Shown one piece after another: positions 60,623-64,000 of a stretch of 64,000 nucleotides of DNA. Below the pieces are notes generated by a model. The model searched no databases and was not told the origin of the DNA. It worked only from the letters and a program-made list of their open reading frames with translations. The stretch is from Ignavibacteriota bacterium (GTDB taxonomy: Bacteria > Bacteroidota > Ignavibacteria > UBA10030 > UBA6906): NCBI GenBank assembly GCA_963801355.1, contig CAWDEM010000008.1, positions 2,336,001 to 2,400,000 of the forward strand, read 5' to 3'. A program made the position numbers and the translations under genes. Numbering within the stretch: the first letter of the stretch is position 1; each line of letters starts with the position of its first letter.

Positions 60623-62413
60623 ATGAAGTACACTGGAGGCATTCTGGTTATTGCGTTTTGTGTGATGGCACAGCCTGCTTCTCCGGCACCCAAAATCGGC
60701 GGGCACCTTGCACGTCTGATGAACACGGACAGCACCGGCGGCTCCTACACCGTGTGGGTCACGTTTGCCGACAAGGGATCGTCCGGACTTCAGAAGATCC
60801 ATGAGCCTGCAGCCATTGTCTCGGAGCGCTCGCTGATGCGCCGGCGCAATGTTCTTCCGGAAGATGCTGTCGTGGATTATGCCGACCTTCCGATTGAAGA
60901 ACGCTATGTCGAAGCCGTGTGTGCGGCGGGAGCCCGGATCCGCCAGCGCTCCCGGTGGTTCAACGCGGTGAGCCTGGTGGCCACGCGCCAACAGATTCAT
61001 GCCATCGCCCAGCTCCCCTTTGTGAAGGACGTCGATCTCGTGAATATGTACGGTACACGACGCATGGATCCACCTGCTGATGACACACCGCCACCGACCC
61101 ATCCCCTCTTGAAGAGTGATCAAGCGCATCTTCTCGACTATGGCCCATCAGTCAACCAGCTCCTGCTGATCAACGTTCCGCCAGTGCACGATCTCGGGAA
61201 CCACGCCGAGGGAGTCATCGTGGGTGTCTTTGACAACGGGTTCCGTCTTCTCACGCATGAGGTGTTTGCTTCGATGAACATCATTGCCACGCGTGATTTC
61301 GTGGATCACAAAACCAGCGTTGTCCCCAACAATCCCGCCTCGAATTTCGGTGACCATGGCGTGAACACGCTCTCAACGATTGGCGGCTACAAACCGGGTC
61401 AGTTGGTTGGGCCGGCCTTTGGAGCCTCGTTTGTTCTTGCACGTACTGAAAACGATAGCAGTGAAACCCCCGTGGAAGAGGACAACTGGCTTGCGGCAAT
61501 GGAATGGGCTGACAGTATTGGCGTGCAGGTGACAAGTACTTCTCTCGGGTACGGCAACTCCTCCGCATACCCCTATCCTCCCCCGTACGTCAACTGGACG
61601 TGGGAAGATATGGATGGGAGAACCACACTGATTTCCCGCGCTGCAGCTATGGCCGTGCGCAAAGGAATTGTCGTTCTGAATAGCGCCGGCAATGAGGGGT
61701 ATGATGCGGCACACAATACCCTTAACGCTCCGGCTGACGCAGACAGCGTCGTTGCAGTGGGGGCGGCGACGCTTTCCGGTAGCCGAACCTCCTTCAGTTC
61801 AGTGGGACCATCCGCCTCGGATCCGCCTCACATAAAGCCCGACGTCATGGCATTGGGAACAGGCGTGTTTATTGCCAGTGCAACTGACTCGGCGGGGTAC
61901 AGCCCATTCGGCCAGGGGACATCGTTTGCCTGCCCGCTCGCGGCTGGTGTCGCAGCTCTTCTGGTCAAGGCGGCACCAAAAGCATCGCCCATGGCCATCG
62001 TGAACGCGATGAAGGTCACGGCATCCAATGCCAGCTATCCGAACAATTTGGTCGGCTGGGGGGTCGTCAATGCAAAAGCGGCTCTCGACTTTCTGATGAG
62101 CGGTGATACAAATGTAACCCCCGGTCTCCCCGCAGCCTACGCGCTCGAGCAGAACTACCCCAATCCGTTCAACCCGGCGACAAGGATCAGATACAGCATC
62201 CAGGGACCGGGCGTCAGCTGGGTCCGCCTGGCAGTCTACGATCTGTTGGGCAGAGAGATTGCCGTGCTAGTAGATCGCTCTCAGGTCCCCGGCAACCACG
62301 AGTTGCCATTCGTTGCCACAGGCCTCGCAAGCGGCGTGTACGTCTATCGCCTGGAGGTACAGGGCACGGAAACCAGTTTTACGATGTCAAGAACAATGGT
62401 CGTCGTGCGATGA
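60623..62413 (+). CDS. S8 (subtilisin-like) serine peptidase with T9SS C-terminal sorting domain
   Basis: Catalytic triad VGVFDNG, DHGVNTL and GTSFA, plus SAGN. C-terminal LEQNYPNPFNPAT...VYDLLGRE...LASGVYVYRL. Confidence 0.93.
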   Translation: MKYTGGILVIAFCVMAQPASPAPKIGGHLARLMNTDSTGGSYTVWVTFADKGSSGLQKIHEPAAIVSERSLMRRRNVLPEDAVVDYADLPIEERYVEAVCAAGARIRQRSRWFNAVSLVATRQQIHAIAQLPFVKDVDLVNMYGTRRMDPPADDTPPPTHPLLKSDQAHLLDYGPSVNQLLLINVPPVHDLGNHAEGVIVGVFDNGFRLLTHEVFASMNIIATRDFVDHKTSVVPNNPASNFGDHGVNTLSTIGGYKPGQLVGPAFGASFVLARTENDSSETPVEEDNWLAAMEWADSIGVQVTSTSLGYGNSSAYPYPPPYVNWTWEDMDGRTTLISRAAAMAVRKGIVVLNSAGNEGYDAAHNTLNAPADADSVVAVGAATLSGSRTSFSSVGPSASDPPHIKPDVMALGTGVFIASATDSAGYSPFGQGTSFACPLAAGVAALLVKAAPKASPMAIVNAMKVTASNASYPNNLVGWGVVNAKAALDFLMSGDTNVTPGLPAAYALEQNYPNPFNPATRIRYSIQGPGVSWVRLAVYDLLGREIAVLVDRSQVPGNHELPFVATGLASGVYVYRLEVQGTETSFTMSRTMVVVR

Positions 62414-62427
62414 GACGGCCGGTATAG

Positions 62428-62925
62428 TCATCCCTTGATGAATTTCGTCCCGAGCGCACCGCAGATCGGGCATTTCTCGGGCGCCTTGCCGAATTCGATA
62501 TACCCGCAGGTCGGACACAAATAGAATTCACTCACTGCGAGATCCTTCCCACCCTTCGCCGCCTGAATCGCATGCGTGTACAAACGTGCGTGTACCGCTT
62601 CCGCCTGCACGGCATAATCGAACATCCGCTTCGCCTTGTGTCCTGCTTTCTCGGCCTCGGCGAGCATCGGCGGATACATCGTCGTGAATTCGTAGGTCTC
62701 ACCGTTGATCGCCGCCTGAAGATTCTCAAAGGTAGAGCCGATGCCATCCAGACTGTTGAGGTGCCCTGCGGCATGTGTCCTTTCAGCTTCGGCGGTCAAA
62801 CGGAAGAGCTTGGCAATATTGGGAAGGCCGTCTTGCTCCGCTTTCTTGGCATAGGCCGCGTATTTTTGAAATGCCTGGCTTTCCCCGGCAAAGGCTTCTT
62901 TCAGATGTTCAATCGTTGTGGGCAT
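62428..62925 (-). CDS. rbr: Rubrerythrin
   Basis: AFAGESQA, two ExxH diiron motifs and a C-terminal CPTCGY...CPICG rubredoxin-like domain. Confidence 0.92.
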   Translation of the reverse strand: MPTTIEHLKEAFAGESQAFQKYAAYAKKAEQDGLPNIAKLFRLTAEAERTHAAGHLNSLDGIGSTFENLQAAINGETYEFTTMYPPMLAEAEKAGHKAKRMFDYAVQAEAVHARLYTHAIQAAKGGKDLAVSEFYLCPTCGYIEFGKAPEKCPICGALGTKFIKG

Positions 62926-62981
62926 TGCAGCTCCTTGGCTGTGAAGTGAACAACACTCAGTGCATGGGACATTGTGCGACA

Positions 62982-63015
62982 GGTGAGACTCACTGTGTGC
63001 ATGGTGAGTCTCACC
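62982..63015. repeat. 12-bp perfect inverted repeat between lat and rbr
   Basis: GGTGAGACTCAC-N10-GTGAGTCTCACC. Confidence 0.75.
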
Positions 63016-63024
63016 ACCGGCAGT

Positions 63025-63999
63025 CTACACCACGGTCTGCACGGCCTTGCGCATTATCCCGATGCCCTCGTCGATCTCCGCTTTGGAGACCGTCAACGGC
63101 GGACGGAAGCGGATCGCACGCTCCCCGCTCGGGAGAGCAATAAGGCCGTTTTCATATGCTTTTTCGCGTATCCTGGTTCTCAACTCGGGCGTCGCCACGT
63201 CGAAGGCCGCGAACAGGCCGAGACCGCGGGAGTTCGAGACAACCGACGGGAACTCCGCTTCAAGCCCGTTCAGACGCGAGACGAGGTACGCGCCCATGAC
63301 CCTGGCGTTCTCCACCAGCGAATCTTCTTCGATGATCTCGAGGTATCGCTGCGCGCGAACCATATCCACAAGGTTTCCGCCCCACGTTGAGTTGATGCGG
63401 CTGGGAACGGCGAAGACATGTTCCTGTACCTCTTCAATCCGCTTGCTGCAGAGGAATCCGCAGACCTGCATTTTCTTGCCGAACGAAATCATGTCCGGCT
63501 CGACGAAATGCTGATGGGCCCACATCTTCCCGGTGAGGCCGATCCCGGTCTGTACTTCGTCCATGATCAGCATCGCTTCGTTCTCGTCGGCAAGTTGCCG
63601 GAGGGCGCGAAAGAATTCCGGGCGGAAGTGGTTGTCGCCGCCCTCCCCCTGAATCACCTCGATGATGATCGCTGCGATATCGTCCTTGTTATTGTGAAAG
63701 GCTTCTTTGATCTGATTGATGCTGATCTCCTCGTCATGCTGCACGAGAGCCAGGTGTTCCGGCGTCAACGGAAACCGCACGACCGGATTCGAGATGCGTG
63801 GCCACGAGAACTTCGGGTAGAGATCGGTCTTCACGGGGTCGGTATTGGTCAACGACAGCGTGTATCCCGTGCGACCGTGGAATGCCTGCCTGAAATGTAT
63901 GATCTGCTTACCCCGTTCGGTCTGATAGCCCCGGGCGAAATTCTTCCGGATTTTCCAATCGAATGCGGCCTTCAGCGCGTTTTCCACGCCCAGCGCACC
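63025..63999 (-). CDS. lat: L-lysine 6-transaminase (5'-truncated by window edge)
   Basis: GALGVENALKAAFDWK, AFHGRTGYTLSLTNT, IQGEGGDNHF, DEVQTG, FGKK and RINSTWGG. Confidence 0.9.
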   Translation of the reverse strand, partial: GALGVENALKAAFDWKIRKNFARGYQTERGKQIIHFRQAFHGRTGYTLSLTNTDPVKTDLYPKFSWPRISNPVVRFPLTPEHLALVQHDEEISINQIKEAFHNNKDDIAAIIIEVIQGEGGDNHFRPEFFRALRQLADENEAMLIMDEVQTGIGLTGKMWAHQHFVEPDMISFGKKMQVCGFLCSKRIEEVQEHVFAVPSRINSTWGGNLVDMVRAQRYLEIIEEDSLVENARVMGAYLVSRLNGLEAEFPSVVSNSRGLGLFAAFDVATPELRTRIREKAYENGLIALPSGERAIRFRPPLTVSKAEIDEGIGIMRKAVQTVV

Positions 64000-64000
64000 G

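Overview
GC-rich bacterial chromosome segment made almost entirely of housekeeping genes. The best taxonomic inference is an Ignavibacteria-like member of the Bacteroidota/Chlorobiota group. This rests on DUF3109, DUF2723 and DUF5723-like genes, a T9SS-type C-terminal domain, grpE-dnaJ without dnaK, Gln at +1 of several signal peptides, and E. coli-like TTG-N17-TAnnnT promoters with AGGAG ribosome-binding sites. Gene order: DUF3109-rpoN-hslV-hslU; a lipoprotein plus outer-membrane barrel pair; DUF3467; a TPR lipoprotein; icd; hrcA-grpE-dnaJ-comEA; a PilM/DUF3822-like gene with rsmD-coaD-FmdB; kdsA-kdsC-kdsD-lptC-lptA-lptB; ispE, a plug-domain OMP and DinB; lepA-lepB-hemW; a DUF2723 (TMEM260-like GT-C) gene with a GT4 gene; HAD, LhgO-like, GH20, pepT and OPT; two convergent ABC export systems; a PorV-like protein; groES-groEL with a perfect CIRCE; nadE-rsmI-GH13; an S8 protease; rubrerythrin; and a partial lysine 6-aminotransferase. 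I found no tRNA, rRNA, CRISPR array, transposase or phage gene. The main leads are: (1) a candidate protein O-glycosylation module (DUF2723 plus GT4), with exported proteins enriched in D-S/T-hydrophobic sequons; (2) an uncharacterised four-repeat lipoprotein plus barrel operon behind a sigma54-like promoter; (3) recurrent leaderless promoter-ATG architecture, including a 15-codon uORF coupled to hrcA; (4) a terminator inside the lepA leader; (5) three 18-bp-phased operator-like repeats before an ABC exporter. All product calls come from motif recognition by eye; no database search was run.
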